In this document: positions 36,820 through 48,598 of the stretch, in pieces
Numbering within the stretch: position 1 is the first letter of the stretch
Layout of the letters: every line of letters starts with the position of its first letter
Assembly (NCBI GenBank): GCA_030390025.1
Contig: JASTWF010000333.1
Location: 372,001-436,000, forward strand
Source: Squalus acanthias
Lineage: Eukaryota
Direction of reading: 5' to 3'
DNA length: 64,000 nucleotides
The notes under the pieces: model-generated
Databases searched by the model: none
What the model was told of the DNA's origin: nothing
The model's input: the letters and a program-made list of their open reading frames with translations, nothing else
Position numbers and translations under genes: made by a program

Positions 36820-39800
36820 AAGGGAGGGGGGTCTGGGGGGCTGGGCGGCAAGCCCATATTGGAGAGCTGAGCCATCTGGAGACGAGAATGCTGCAGATTA
36901 TTGGGCACCAAGTCATCGGTACTGTGGCCACCAGTGATGTTGACCCCCTTGGGTTATGTTCATTCCTAATCTTCCTTCTCACATCTCACTTCCCCCTCAT
37001 CCCACAATCTTTTCTCACTTTCAAGCTACTCATGCTGTATGCATGCATTTCTCCCTTCCCGCCCCCCTCCCCTCACCATAACCAGACTCTTGTGCCTTTA
37101 TGCTTTCAGATAATCAGCAAGCACCCGAGCAGCCTGTCCCCGAGGGCACCGCAGAGAGTGAGGGGGGAGAAGAGGAGGAGGAAGATGACACCAGGTCACT
37201 GCATCTGTTACTCGCAGACACCATCTCAGAAACTGGCACTACACATTCTTTAGATGCTAGCATAGTAGCGGAATCTGCACAGGGTGAGGCACCAGGCACA
37301 AGTGGGCTGCAGCAAGGCCAGTGGGAAAGGGTAGCTCGGGAGTCAGCTCCCCGGAGGGTGAGTTCGTACGTGAGGTCTGCTGCACAGGACTCAGATGAGG
37401 ACCTCGATGGGGAGGCCTTCAGAAGAAGGGTGATGGGGATGCACACGGAGATGATAGGTGCAATGGCAAGGGTGCCCGAGAGCCTCTCAGCAATGGTAAG
37501 GAACGTGAATGTTCCAACATTGCACCGGGCTCTGTGCAGAACAAGGAGACCAGGATTTTCAGTCTGGAAATGGTGGGACACTCCCAGAGAGACCGTGGCG
37601 ACCCAGACGTGATGGTATGCATGATGAGCGATGTCGCAGCTTCCATTGCAGCACAGGTAGAAGCAACCCAACATTTTAGTGCTGCAGCGGAAGCTCAGAC
37701 CGCTCTCATGCAGTCTCTGCTTGGTGCCATCCAAGCTCTGGCTGCCATCGTGGTTGGGTCTACCACCATCGACCGGGGCTTTCACGGCATCGCAGCAGGC
37801 CAGTAATCGGTACTCCAACAGATTGCTAGGAATGCTGAGGTGCTGCCCTGGGGAAGTGGCAGTGGGTTTGTGGAGCAGGAATCTGCTGTCCCCTCTCAGG
37901 ATGACAGCATTCCTGCTCCCACCACTGCCACTCCGCCATTGCCCTTGCAGCTGCCTGTCAGCCAGCCAGCCCAGACTGCTGCTGCCCATGCCGAGGTGGT
38001 GCAGTTTGCAGCCGGGCCTTCAGGTCCACAGCTGGTCGAGGTCATTCTGCAAGGCCATCTGAAGTCTTCCGCACGGAAATTCAGCAGCCTTCCACCAGCC
38101 CTGCTGCAGCCATTGGGGGAGCACTGTGTACGAGCACTAGACTAGGAAAAGGCACATGAACAAAAGGCACTAAGGGATTGCACAAGGGTAATTAGTGAAT
38201 AGCATTCATGTACTATGTGTGATATGTTTATAGATAAATTTATTAATGGTGTTTGTAATCTTTTGTGGTGTCTCTAATTTCAGCTTTGCGCCCAGGATGA
38301 CGCTGTGATATGGCGTGAGACAGGGATGGTATGGTAGGGATGTGGTGAGCTGCGGGGATCTGGGATTTCATTCATGTGAATCGGAGGCTGATGAGCTGGT
38401 CATGGACAGCCCATCCGGAAGGCTGATTGTCTCCCTGCCTCCGTCCTCCCGCCTGTTCCTCCTTCTCGTCCTCATCCTCCTCATCCTCATCCACCTCTAC
38501 CTCATCCTCCTCTTGAGGTGGTCCCGCAATCCCTGGTGGCAAGGGCTCTGCCCTCATGATGGCCAAGTTGTGGAGCATGCAGCAGATCCCCACGAAATGG
38601 GACACCCGCTCAGCCGAGTATTGGAGGGCAACTCCCGAGTGGTCAACGCAGCGGAACCGTTGCTTCAGTAGGCCGATGGTCTGCTCGATGATGTTCTTGA
38701 TGGCAGCATGGCTCTCATTATATGAGTGTTGGGCACAAGTGTTGGGGTTGCGGAGAGAAATCATGAGCCAGGTGGAGAGCGGATAGCCCTTGTCTCCGAG
38801 CAGCCACCCTCGAGCTTGACGTGGTGGCTGGAAGAGTTCCGGCACACCAGTCTGGTGCAGGATGAAGGCATCGTGGCTGCCGCCAGGATAGCGGGCATTG
38901 ACATTGAGGATTCGCTGTCTGTGGTCACACACCAACTGCACATTAAGTGAGCGGTAGCCTTTGCGGTTACAGAAGATCTCAGGATTGTTATGCGGTGCCC
39001 GCAAAACCACATGGGTACAGTCGATGGCGCCCTGCACCATGGGAAAGCCCGCTATCCTGGCAAAGCCACATGCACACTTGTCCTGCTTCTCTCTGGTGAT
39101 CGGGAAGCCAATGTAGTCCCTTCTCCTGGTGTAGAAAGCCTCAGTGATCTCCCGGATGCAGCGATGATCGCTGAACTGTGAGATGTTAGCTTTGTCTCCT
39201 GCTGCAGACTGGAAGGATCCGCTGGTGAAGATATTGCGGGCAACAGTGACCTTGACTGCCACTGGGAGAGCCGTGGTCATCCTGATCTGAGGTTCGAGGT
39301 CTGGTTGCAGGAGGTGGCAGAGTTCTGTGACCACCTAATTGGTGAAGCGAAGCCTCCTAATACACTGCTCTTCGCTTAATTGAAGGTAGGAGAAGTGATG
39401 TCGGAAGACCCTAGGAGGGTAAGGCCTCCTGTTGAAGCCCTAATGGCCCTCATCCTCCCTCTGCGCACTTGTTCCCATCTTTCTCGCTGCCTCCGCTCCC
39501 TCCGCCATAGATCCTGGAGGGCGAGGTCGACTGCCAGTACAGCCCCCATGACTTCTAACAAGTGTTGTAATTTGAAGCGTTTCAAAAATAATGAGACAGT
39601 TTTGTACTTGCCAGAAAACTCCTTGATACCAAATAACCTTGAAATGACTAAAGAAAATTCTTGCAGTAGCAGGAAGTAGCTCACAGCCACTCAAACCTCA
39701 AAACCCTGTCAGATGTGAGTGATTGGTGAGGATCCCTTTAAATATCATCGCTGGAGCCGGCTTCCTGCTGCTGCACGCCAGTTCTACCTGTTGTTGCTTT

Positions 39801-40054
39801 CTCCAGCTGGTAAGTTCAATGGCCAAAAGGAAGATGGGAAAACGGGTGTCAAGTGAGCGTTGCATACTCACTGACGTCATGATATCCTTGATTGCGATGT
39901 CCCCAGCGAGCGAGTTTAGCGGCAGCGCTATCGGCAAGACAGATATGGCATGCAGCGCTGGAACCACCATCAGCTGGCGGTCGAGCGCTGAACAGCATTT
40001 TAGTGCCATCTCGTGGCGCTAACGTGTGGCACTAAACACATGAATTTCTCCCCC
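36820..40054 (-). mobile_element. Harbinger element, Myb-side end truncated
   Basis: TIR TGAATTTCTCCCCC ends 40054. Transposase on -, Myb exons 2-3 on + (36820-38190). Confidence 0.9.
38372..39549 (-). pseudogene. Harbinger DDE transposase (HARBI1-like family)
   Basis: ATG at 39549 (MGAVLAV), one frameshift and one stop, then an open 320-aa ORF with [26 protein letters not shown] and IIEQTIGLLKQRFRC. Confidence 0.92.
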
Positions 40055-40134
40055 AATACTAATTTCAATTCTGAATTTACTCACTTGAATTTGAAAGTAA
40101 TACTGGGATTTCATACAGCACATTATTACATCCC

Positions 40135-40287
40135 TCAGACTAACAACCCAGAGGTCATAAGTTCAAATCTCACCATCATTAACTGTGAAATGAATTCAAT
40201 AAATTTGATAATTCGTAGACTAGCTTCACAAAAATGATTGTGAAAGATGCTGCATTACTGTAAAAACCCAAATGCATCAGGGATTTT
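40135..40287 (+). mobile_element. tRNA-derived SINE, left half (right half at 49192-49320)
   Basis: B-box-like AGTTCAAATC at ~40160. The sequence appears to resume after 49191 and ends in GCAACTAGGCATGAGCAATAAATACTGCCTTG, the same tail type as LINE 4382-5303. Confidence 0.6.
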
Positions 40288-41885
40288 CGCCTAGAAATTC
40301 AGTTTGAGAGAGCCCATTGTTTGGGCGCTACGGTTGCCGAATTGAGACCAAATTGGCGTCCGAGCAGCAGTGCACACATCTAGTGCAAGCCGAGTCAAAC
40401 GCCATCTTGGTGAGGGACTTAGGGTGGCCGTTAGGAGCGTGCACTAGAGGTATGGTAAGTAGGCAGATTGTGACGCTGATTTGCTGTCAGCGCTGCCATT
40501 TTCATCGTCATCGCTGGAGCAAACACCCTCTCCTAACCTCATATAGCTGAACATGTATTCATTAGCAGGAAGGACACCCCACCAGCCATATTTAAAAGGA
40601 TCATCAACAACTTTCAGGTAACTTGCTTTTTGATTTCTACTGGCTCTGTGTAAGTTTGTGGAACTGTTTGGAGATTTCTAGAGTTGTTTAAAGTAGGTGA
40701 GGTGACAAGGAGTGGTGCTGCAAGTGGAGAAGACCTTGCTTCTGACTTCAAGGGTTCTGGTCAGACCACTTGCTCTAGTTGTTATCCCCCTTGGCCAGCA
40801 GCATGACAGGGAGATGGAGCAGAGGCAGCGAAGAAGAGGACAAGCTGCTCACAGAGGGAGGAGGAGGAGGAGGAGGGGGAGAAGGGCTCTCTGCAGGAGG
40901 CCTTACCCACCTAGGGTCTTTCGAGAACAATTCTCTGACCTCAGCCTGAGCCAGGAGCAGTGTGTAAGGTCTCTGCGCTTTACGAAGGAGGTGCTGACAG
41001 AACTGTGCCACCTCTTGCAACTAGACCTGCAGCCTCACTCCAGGGCAAGGACAGCGCTGCCAGTGGCTGTGAAGGTGACCATGGCCCTGAATTTCTTTGC
41101 CTCAGAATCCTTCCAGACTGGAGCAGGCAACATCTGTAAAATCTCGCAGTTCACCATTCACTGCTGCATAAGTGAGGTGACAGACACTCTTTATACCAGG
41201 AGAGGGGATTTCATTGTCTTCTCTCTGACCAGAGAGAAGCAGGCGGTGCGTGCACGTGGCTTTGCCAGGAGAGCGGACTTCCCCATGGTGCAGGGGACAA
41301 TCGACTGCACGCACATTGCTTTGCGGGCACCGTATATAAATGATGAGATGTACCGCAATTGCAAAGGTTACCATTCGTTGAATGTGCAGTTGGTGTGTGA
41401 CCAAGCTCAGCATATCATGACGGTGAATGCCCAGTATCCTAGCAGCAGTCATGATGCTTTTATTCTGTGCCAGCCCGCTGCTCCCTCAGTCTTTGAGCCA
41501 CCAAGATAAACCAGAAGGTGGCTACTGGGTGACAAGGGCAATCCCTTGACCAGCTGGCTGACGACTACACTTCGCAGCCCAACCACATGTGGCCAGAATG
41601 CGTACAACGAGAGCCATGCAGCCACATGAAACATCATAGAGCAGACCGCTGGCGTCCTTAAACGCTTCCGCTGCCTGGACCGCTCTGGCGGAACCCTGCA
41701 GTACTCACCGGAGTCTGTGTCCCAATTCTATCGTGGTCTGCTGTATCATCCACAAACTGGCCATCATGAGGGCACAGCCCTTGCCACCAGGGATATGGCC
41801 ACCAACTCAGGAGCAGAAAGAGGAGGAGGCGGAAGAGGAGGAAGCAGAAGCGAAAGGAAGGAGGCAACCCAGACAGCGCTTTCTC

Positions 41886-42703
41886 GCCAGGATGTTGATG
41901 GGGGGGAATTTGGCGATGGTAATGCCGTTGAATGTGCAGTGATTAGAGTTTCACTTGTTGGAGATAGTCATTGCCTGGCACTTGTGTGGCGTGAATGTTA
42001 CTTGCCACTTATCAGCCCAATGTCATCCAGGTCTTGCTGCATTCGGGCACGGACTGCTTCATTATCTGAGGAGTTACGATTGGAACTGAACACTGTGCAA
42101 ACATCAGCGAACATCCCCATTTCTGTCTTTATGTTGGAGGGAAGGTCATTGATGAAGCAACTGAAGCTGGTTGGGCCTAGGACACTGCCCTGAGGAACTA
42201 CTGCCGTGATGTCCTGAGGCTGAGATGATTGACCTCCAACAACCACAACCATCTTCCTTTGTGCTAGGTATGATTCCTGCCAGCGGAGAGTTTTCCCCCT
42301 GATTCCCATTGACTTCAATTTTACTAGGGCTCCTTGATGCCACACTCAGTCAAATGCTGCCTTGATGTCAAGGGCAGTCACTCTCCTCGCCTCTGGAATT
42401 CAACTCTTTTGTCCATGTTTGGACCAAGGCTGTAATGAGGTCTGGAGTCGAGCGGTCCTGGTGGAACCCAAACTGAGCATCGGTGAGCAGGTTATTGGTG
42501 AGTAGGTGTTGCTTGATAGCACTGTCGATGACACTTTCCATCACTTTGCTGATAATTGAGTGTAGACTGATGGGGTGGTAATTGGATGGATTGAATTTGT
42601 CCTGCTTTTTGTGGACAGGACATAACTGGGCAGTTTTCCACATTGTCGGGTAGATGCCAATGTTGTAGCTATTCTGGAACAGCTTGGCTAGAGGCGTGGC
42701 TAG
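41886..42703 (-). mobile_element. second-family LINE RT fragment (provirus target)
   Basis: ORFs 42368..42715 and 41998..42345 ([24 protein letters not shown]). Colinear with 61645-62474. Confidence 0.9.
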
Positions 42704-43440
42704 TGTAGCTTCCAAAAGCTCTTATAATAATTTGTCCATGACTACACAAACCACTCTGGGTACAGGTATATTGTGTATAAGTAAAACAGGTTTATTAAGC
42801 ATTAAACATCCAGTACAAAGAAGTAATACTTAACAAGGAGATAGTCACAGTCTTGTGCTTTTGAGCCTCGGCATTCTTTCCGAGTGACTGTGGCGCAGTC
42901 TCTTTATTCTCTTGCTGTGTTCTGTTGACTGAAGCTCGCTTCTCTGGTTTTTTGCTGTGTTCTGTTGACTGAAGCTCCTTCAACTCTGATTCTTGGTTCG
43001 TGCTGCCTTCAGTGTTCAATATCTGTATCTTTATACACTTTCCCTTCCTTTGCCTACGTGACTATAATCAACTATCTGACACCTGGTACATGTTTTATTA
43101 CCTTGTTGATTCCACTAGGTCTCGCTTTGTGCATATCAAAGTGCCCTTTATCTTTAGATGTTCTCATTTCAAAGACCATTTCTCAAGATGTTGTCTAAAC
43201 AGTCTGTCCATTTTATAGTGGTATCACTGAGGGGTGCCTTCAATAAACTTAGCACTACATTCCATTACTTCAGTAATTGAAAACAGAGCAGTTTCAGTCA
43301 GGTTGGCATCATTTCCCATCCTGCTTTCCTCTCAGCCATTCTCCATTTTATATAGGCTTTTAGGCTTTTAACATACAATTTCACATATTATAATTAAACA
43401 AAAATGTTTACTAAATCATACAAATTCACCCTATCCTACA
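42704..43440 (-). repeat. 3' LTR of the provirus (737 bp)
   Basis: On -, begins TGTAG (43440) and ends CTACA (42704). Preceded by purine tract AAGGTAGGGA. TATAAA at ~43031-43036 and AATAAA at 42791-42796. LINE homology resumes exactly at 42703. Confidence 0.85.
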
Positions 43441-43482
43441 AATCCCTACCTTGAGGGCGAGGCATTTGTCGACCCCTCAAAA

Positions 43483-45993
43483 CTAATATCTTACATATGG
43501 ATTAGTTCTCTTTCGTTTGTGTAACTCTAAGGTATTTTGGGTTGTGATCATATTTAAATGTGATTGGGTATTAGACATCAGGTGTTTCAGGTAGCAGGTG
43601 TATAGTAGTAAGCATATTAGTACTATGAGTTGGGCTATGACCAGTACATGGGAAATCATTCTAATCCAAGGAGAAATTTTCATATTTGTTCCTGTATCCC
43701 ACCAGTGGGTCTGAATCTCGATGTCTGGAATTTCCTCGGCTATGTCTTTATTTCCTTGCACCAACGTATAATAATGGCGTTGAGAGGTGCTCACTTGACT
43801 TATTAGCTCGGTTAATGCTTCAGGTAACTCAGGGATGTCATATCCGAATCTTGTGACATAATCTTCTAGATTTATTTTTAAATCATCTTCTACTTGTAGT
43901 ACTTGTTGGCCATGTGAGGCTATTACAAGGAGAATTCTTCCTCCTATTACCGTAGTCTTTGTCGGGGTAATACAGTAGGTCCCTGGGGTTATTGAACATT
44001 CAAGTGTTCCATGACTATAGGAGTTTTCTAAAGTAGTAAAACAATACCTCCCTTCTCATACGTAGGCTGTTCTAGTTCTTACATCTGAGGGGCCTGTCAC
44101 TTCCATGGTACAGTTTAACCTTTCTTCATTCCAACCATATCCACAGGTATCCTTTGAATGTTCATATAAACTGTATGGACAGACAAAGGCATCCTCATTT
44201 GTATTGCATCCCTGGAGGTTTGGTTCAATCCATGTTAGTTTTCCTAATTGTACTAACCATTGTGGTGCCATGAGAAATCGGGTAATGGTATTCCCTTTTA
44301 CTACTCCTATATTTTCTATCCTAAATAGGGGGTTGGACCTAGTTCGATTCATTAGACTAGGAATTTGTGGTATTAGTCCCATTAACCTTTGACTCCCTAC
44401 CTCGTGGCATTCGTGTTTGATAGGGTGGATCCCAATCAAACTCCTGATCTTACATAGTTCTGTATCATTGTAATAGCTGGATAGCCCTGATAAGTGTTTA
44501 TTAGTGACCAAAGTGGGGAGACGTCCCTGATTGATGGTCTGAAGGTTTTCCCTAGTTTGCTCAATCAGCCAATTCCCGTACATACGTCATTATGGGCTGC
44601 TTGATCAGAGGCATTTCTGTTTTCTTTAATCAGATCATTAATTCTTTTGGCATGATCCTCTATTTAATGTATGATGTCCCACAGGTGTATGGTCATTACC
44701 TGATCCTCCTTTAGCTCCTCGCTTACTATGTTGTTTTCCCTACTAAGTATCTCCTTCAACTTTTCCCTTACCGTTTGTAATTGTTTTTGTAAATCTGCGG
44801 AGTCCATTGAGTTAATTACCGATGTTACTATGTTGAAACCTGTGAGTCCATCGTTTATCAATCCTCTTTTCTGTCTACTCTTTCCCTGACTGCTCTCTTT
44901 AGTGGTACTAAGCTCGTGACGGAAGGTCCCTTCTGTTTTCTCTATGCTTATTTATAAGGTCACCTTTTCCCAGTACTGATTAAAAACTTGCTGCAGCATT
45001 CTCTGAGTTAGTTGTGCTGTTTTGTCAGGGCACCACTTTGGTAGTATTAGTTCTGTAAAATTTAGGATAACAGGGGCCACTTCCTGTATTACTTGATGAT
45101 ACACTGCTTTATAGGTGGGTATAATTACAAGACCGTTCCCAGGCCCCGGTGTTAGTTGGGGACATTGTTCCTCAGGTACACCCTCTCGTGGTTCTGAATG
45201 ACTTGCTTTCTCATAGGGTGTGAGCTTAACACTGTAGACATACCCATCTTCCCTTACACATCCAGTTATCACATTTTTGAATTCTATTATGCTGTTATCT
45301 TTATTCCCAAAATCTCTATAATTTCCCCAACGTTTAAAGGTTATCATAAAGGGTTTATTTTCTGCTGCGGTGATCTCTGTATCGTCTCTGGGAATCTTAT
45401 ATCCTGCTGAGGTAATCTTTACATTATATTCGGGAATAGGAGGCCAATCATCATCCTGATTTTTAAAGCCCATGATAATATTTGACCCAATACAAGAATA
45501 CTTGTTTCTTCCACCACCGAGGCCAGCATAATTGTATATATCCCTTACTTTCCGAAGCTACTGGTCCCTGGTTTGATTCTTGTACCTGTTCCCAGATTCC
45601 ATTCTTTTTCTTCAGGAATTTCCACACATTTGGGCCTTTCTTGTTCCTTATCCTGCACCTGATACACACACCATATCCTTCTTTTATTTCCCAATTATAC
45701 ACCTTTCCTTGTAATGTACCACAACCCGTTATGTATGGTGTTGTTATATTATCTTTTGTACTATTTCTGATCCAAACTGGAACATTCCCCTCATACGTCT
45801 CGGATGATCCGTTATAGTTCTTTGATTGTCTATGTCCACCAACAATTCGAGGTTCCGTTCCATAGATGGGGAGTGGGGCGCATTCGCCTCCTTCGTCCAG
45901 TGTACAGATGTTAATGGTAATGTCAAAAGGTTTTGTTACCTCCGGAGAGCTCACTGCACATCCGATTATCAGTATCAGCAAACAGAGCCACAT
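43483..45993 (-). pseudogene. env: retroviral-like envelope glycoprotein, F-like class I fusogen, ~837 codons, 3 stops + 2 frameshifts
   Basis: Signal peptide MWLCLLILIIGCAVSS. RQKR (44865-44876) then GLINDGLTGFNIVTSVIN. Heptad region, Cys-rich region (ENIG..PNLQGC..FVCP..TCG..NC..YCF..ECS..YCI), WW motif, TM ISHVLVIAQLIVLICLLLYTCYL and short tail. Confidence 0.88.
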
Positions 45994-46000
45994 CTTTAAC

Positions 46001-46017
46001 CTGTGGGTAAACCAAAA
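46001..46017 (-). promoter_or_regulatory. env splice acceptor
   Basis: ttttggtttacccacag/GTTAAAGATG: acceptor 7 nt upstream of the env ATG and just downstream of the pol stop. Confidence 0.7.
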
Positions 46018-46026
46018 TGTAACATC

Positions 46027-48598
46027 TTAATTCTTAACAGTTTTCATCTGATTGATATGGAACCATTTCAGTTTAGGTTCTCCCTTCGGACCATATGGGA
46101 CATTCAGTAGATACACAGCTGGATTTCATTTATCTACTATGGTATGAGGGCCCGTCCATTTTATCTCAAATTAGTGTTTTTTTGGAGAGAAATTTTGTAA
46201 CATTACTCGGTCTCCAACATCATACTCAAATGGTTTTACCCTCTTATCATAATATCGCTTGATTTATTCACGCGATTTGCCTATGTTAATGGCCACCAGC
46301 CTGTTCACCTCGTCCATATGATCTATCAAGGTTTGTAACCATTTTTGGCTACATGGTTGTAGTTTTAATGGTGTGTTATTTCCCAATGTTACATGTCCTG
46401 GTATCCACATTTGTCTCCCAGTCATAGCCTCATATGGACTTACCCTCGTAGTCCCGTGTGGGGTAGAGCGTATTGCCATTAGACATAAAGGCAACATGTC
46501 AGTCCACTGAGTGGGGTCTTCTGTACACAACTTCTGCAACATACGCCCAAAAACTCGGCCCTTCCCGGGTGAGTACACAGTCCGTACTCACCCGTATTGC
46601 TTCCTGAAGTGCCGGTTTCCTGCATGCACTGCGCATGCGCGGGAAACCGGAACTTCCGGTATGGTGAAGGGGGCAGTTCCTAGGTGAACCGCATGCACGC
46701 TAGAGGCTGCGCACACGCAGCACACTTAGATTTTTTTTCAGGTTTCTACGCGAGGGTAAGTATGGAAGATACTACGCTAATGAAAAGGAAGCGCAAGACC
46801 CGTTTTGAACAAGGTAAGTGGTTAATTAAGTATAATTTAAAAAATTTTCAACAGGTTTATCTTGTTTAGATACTTTAAAGAAAGGTAAGTTTATTTTTAT
46901 AACTTTTAAAAAGTATTTTAATTTTTTCAAAAATTAAAATTTTTGTTTAAAGTGGTTAATTTATTTAACTATAGTTATTTTATAAATGTGATGGTTTTTT
47001 TTTAATTTATTTTAAGTTTAGCTGTTCTTTTGGGGCCAATTTCAATTCACAGATTTGACAGGTCTCCTGTCAAATCTATGAATGAAAGATGGTCTGCTGC
47101 CATTGGCTGTCCATGGCCCACATGATCCCAGGGGACGCATCGCACTAACTGCGCCCCTGGAACACGCAAGCACTGCGCGCCGGCAGTTGGGAGAGGCCCA
47201 GGACCCGAAGTTCCCGTGGGCCCAAAACACAACGGCAGGCGCGGTAGGTAAGAGCGCGCGTGATCCTTACCCCCGCGGCAAGCCGGACAGGCGAATTTCT
47301 GGGCCATTGTCTTTAAAGTTCGATTTCCCCTCTCCACAATCCCTGATGATTGTGGATGGTGCGCAATGTGCAATTTATGTTTTATCTGTAACATTTCTTG
47401 AAGAGTTGTGAAAACTGCCCCCGTAAAGTGTGGACCCTGATCGCTATCCACTTGTAATGGCAATCCCCACCTACAGAACACCTCACTCAGGAGAATTCGA
47501 GCTGCGGTGCGTGCTGTGTTATTTCTCGTGGGAAAAGCCTCTATCCATTTAGTGAACTGATCGATTACCACAAGTGCGCACTCATAGTTTCCCTTGGATT
47601 TTGTTAGTGGACCAATAAAGTCAATCTGTAAGTGTGTCCATGGTCCCTTAGGAGGGGGCTGTGACCTAAGTAAAGCACGATTTGAACATGAAGGGGGGTT
47701 TGCCTGTAGGCATGGCAGGCAGCGATTAACATATTGTTCCACATGCTGCTCCATTCCAGGCCACCAGCAAACAGGTAAAAACTTTTGTAGTGTCGAGGCC
47801 GCTGAGTAATGTCCCGCCGTCGGGTGAGAATGAAAGAGAGCTAGAATTTCTTCCTTTAACTGAGGAGGAATACAAACTACTAGATCTCCCTCTTTATTCC
47901 TGAACATTAGTAGGGGAGGGTTTTTATCTACACCTTGTTGCATTACAGTGGAGTCTGCCCATAGGGTGGGTGCTGGTAGCGGGCATCCCTGTTGATGCCA
48001 GGCTATTACCTGCACATAAGGAGCATATGAATCCTGTAGGGCCAAAAGATCAATGGTTTCAGTCTTAGTCACCGTCCCCACTCCGGGGGTCTGAGTCTCA
48101 TTCATCACCCACCAAGGTAGTAACTTTCCGTTCTCGGCCGCATCCCAGCAAAGCGATCGGCCATTTGGTTACCTCGGGAATGGGGGGATGAATCTTTCTG
48201 ATGGGCTGCTACCTTACCCACGTGACAAGGGGCGACTCGTTCCTGGAGCACTTTCCATAGCTTACGGAGGAGACCAGAATTTAATAAAGATTTACCATCT
48301 GATGAGCAAAACTCATTTGTATTATAGAGGGGAAGAGCCATAACTGTGTTACAAATGTAACTGCTGTCGGACCAGATATTTGTTTCATCCATAGTCGTGT
48401 AATGTACGGCTAGAATTACAGCAATCAGTTCTGCCTGTTGTGAGGAGTGGACGGGAACTTGAAATCCCTCTGAGCATCGATATCAATAAGGGCACATCCA
48501 GTTCTAGGGTGGCTGTCTACACAGTATGATGACCCGTCAACGTACACATTTCGAGCTCCGGGTATGGCGTTAGCCTTTACTGGGTTTGGTTCCATATC
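46027..48598 (-). pseudogene. pol: pol 3' part: RNase H + integrase
   Basis: RNase H: VYVDGSS, ELIAV, IWSDSSY, KVAAH..GNQMAD. Integrase: HHCC (HSHPTAGH..CLPC), LQIDFIGP, VDSDQGPHF, PQSSGIVERGNRTLK, SPYEAMTGR, KWTGPHTI, KWFHINQMK, stop at 46027. Confidence 0.93.
46544..47305 (+). mobile_element. 762-bp Harbinger-type MITE (same family as 33523-34243) inside the integrase
   Basis: TIRs CGCCCAAAAACTCG / CGAATTTCTGGGCC, TSD ATA/ATT. Removal restores RTLKTMLQKLC. Confidence 0.88.

Noticed and set aside
38372..39334. Domesticated host HARBI1 or NAIF1/MSANTD gene
   Set aside because: Multi-copy, flanked by a TIR, paired with a Myb gene and carrying upstream lesions, so it is a transposon copy.
42704..48598. 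Foamy virus, or gamma/epsilon-type ERV, assignment
   Set aside because: A short classical signal peptide and no accessory ORFs argue against foamy. No ISD or CX6CC and a very long TM ectodomain argue against gamma-type. Not formally excluded without phylogeny.
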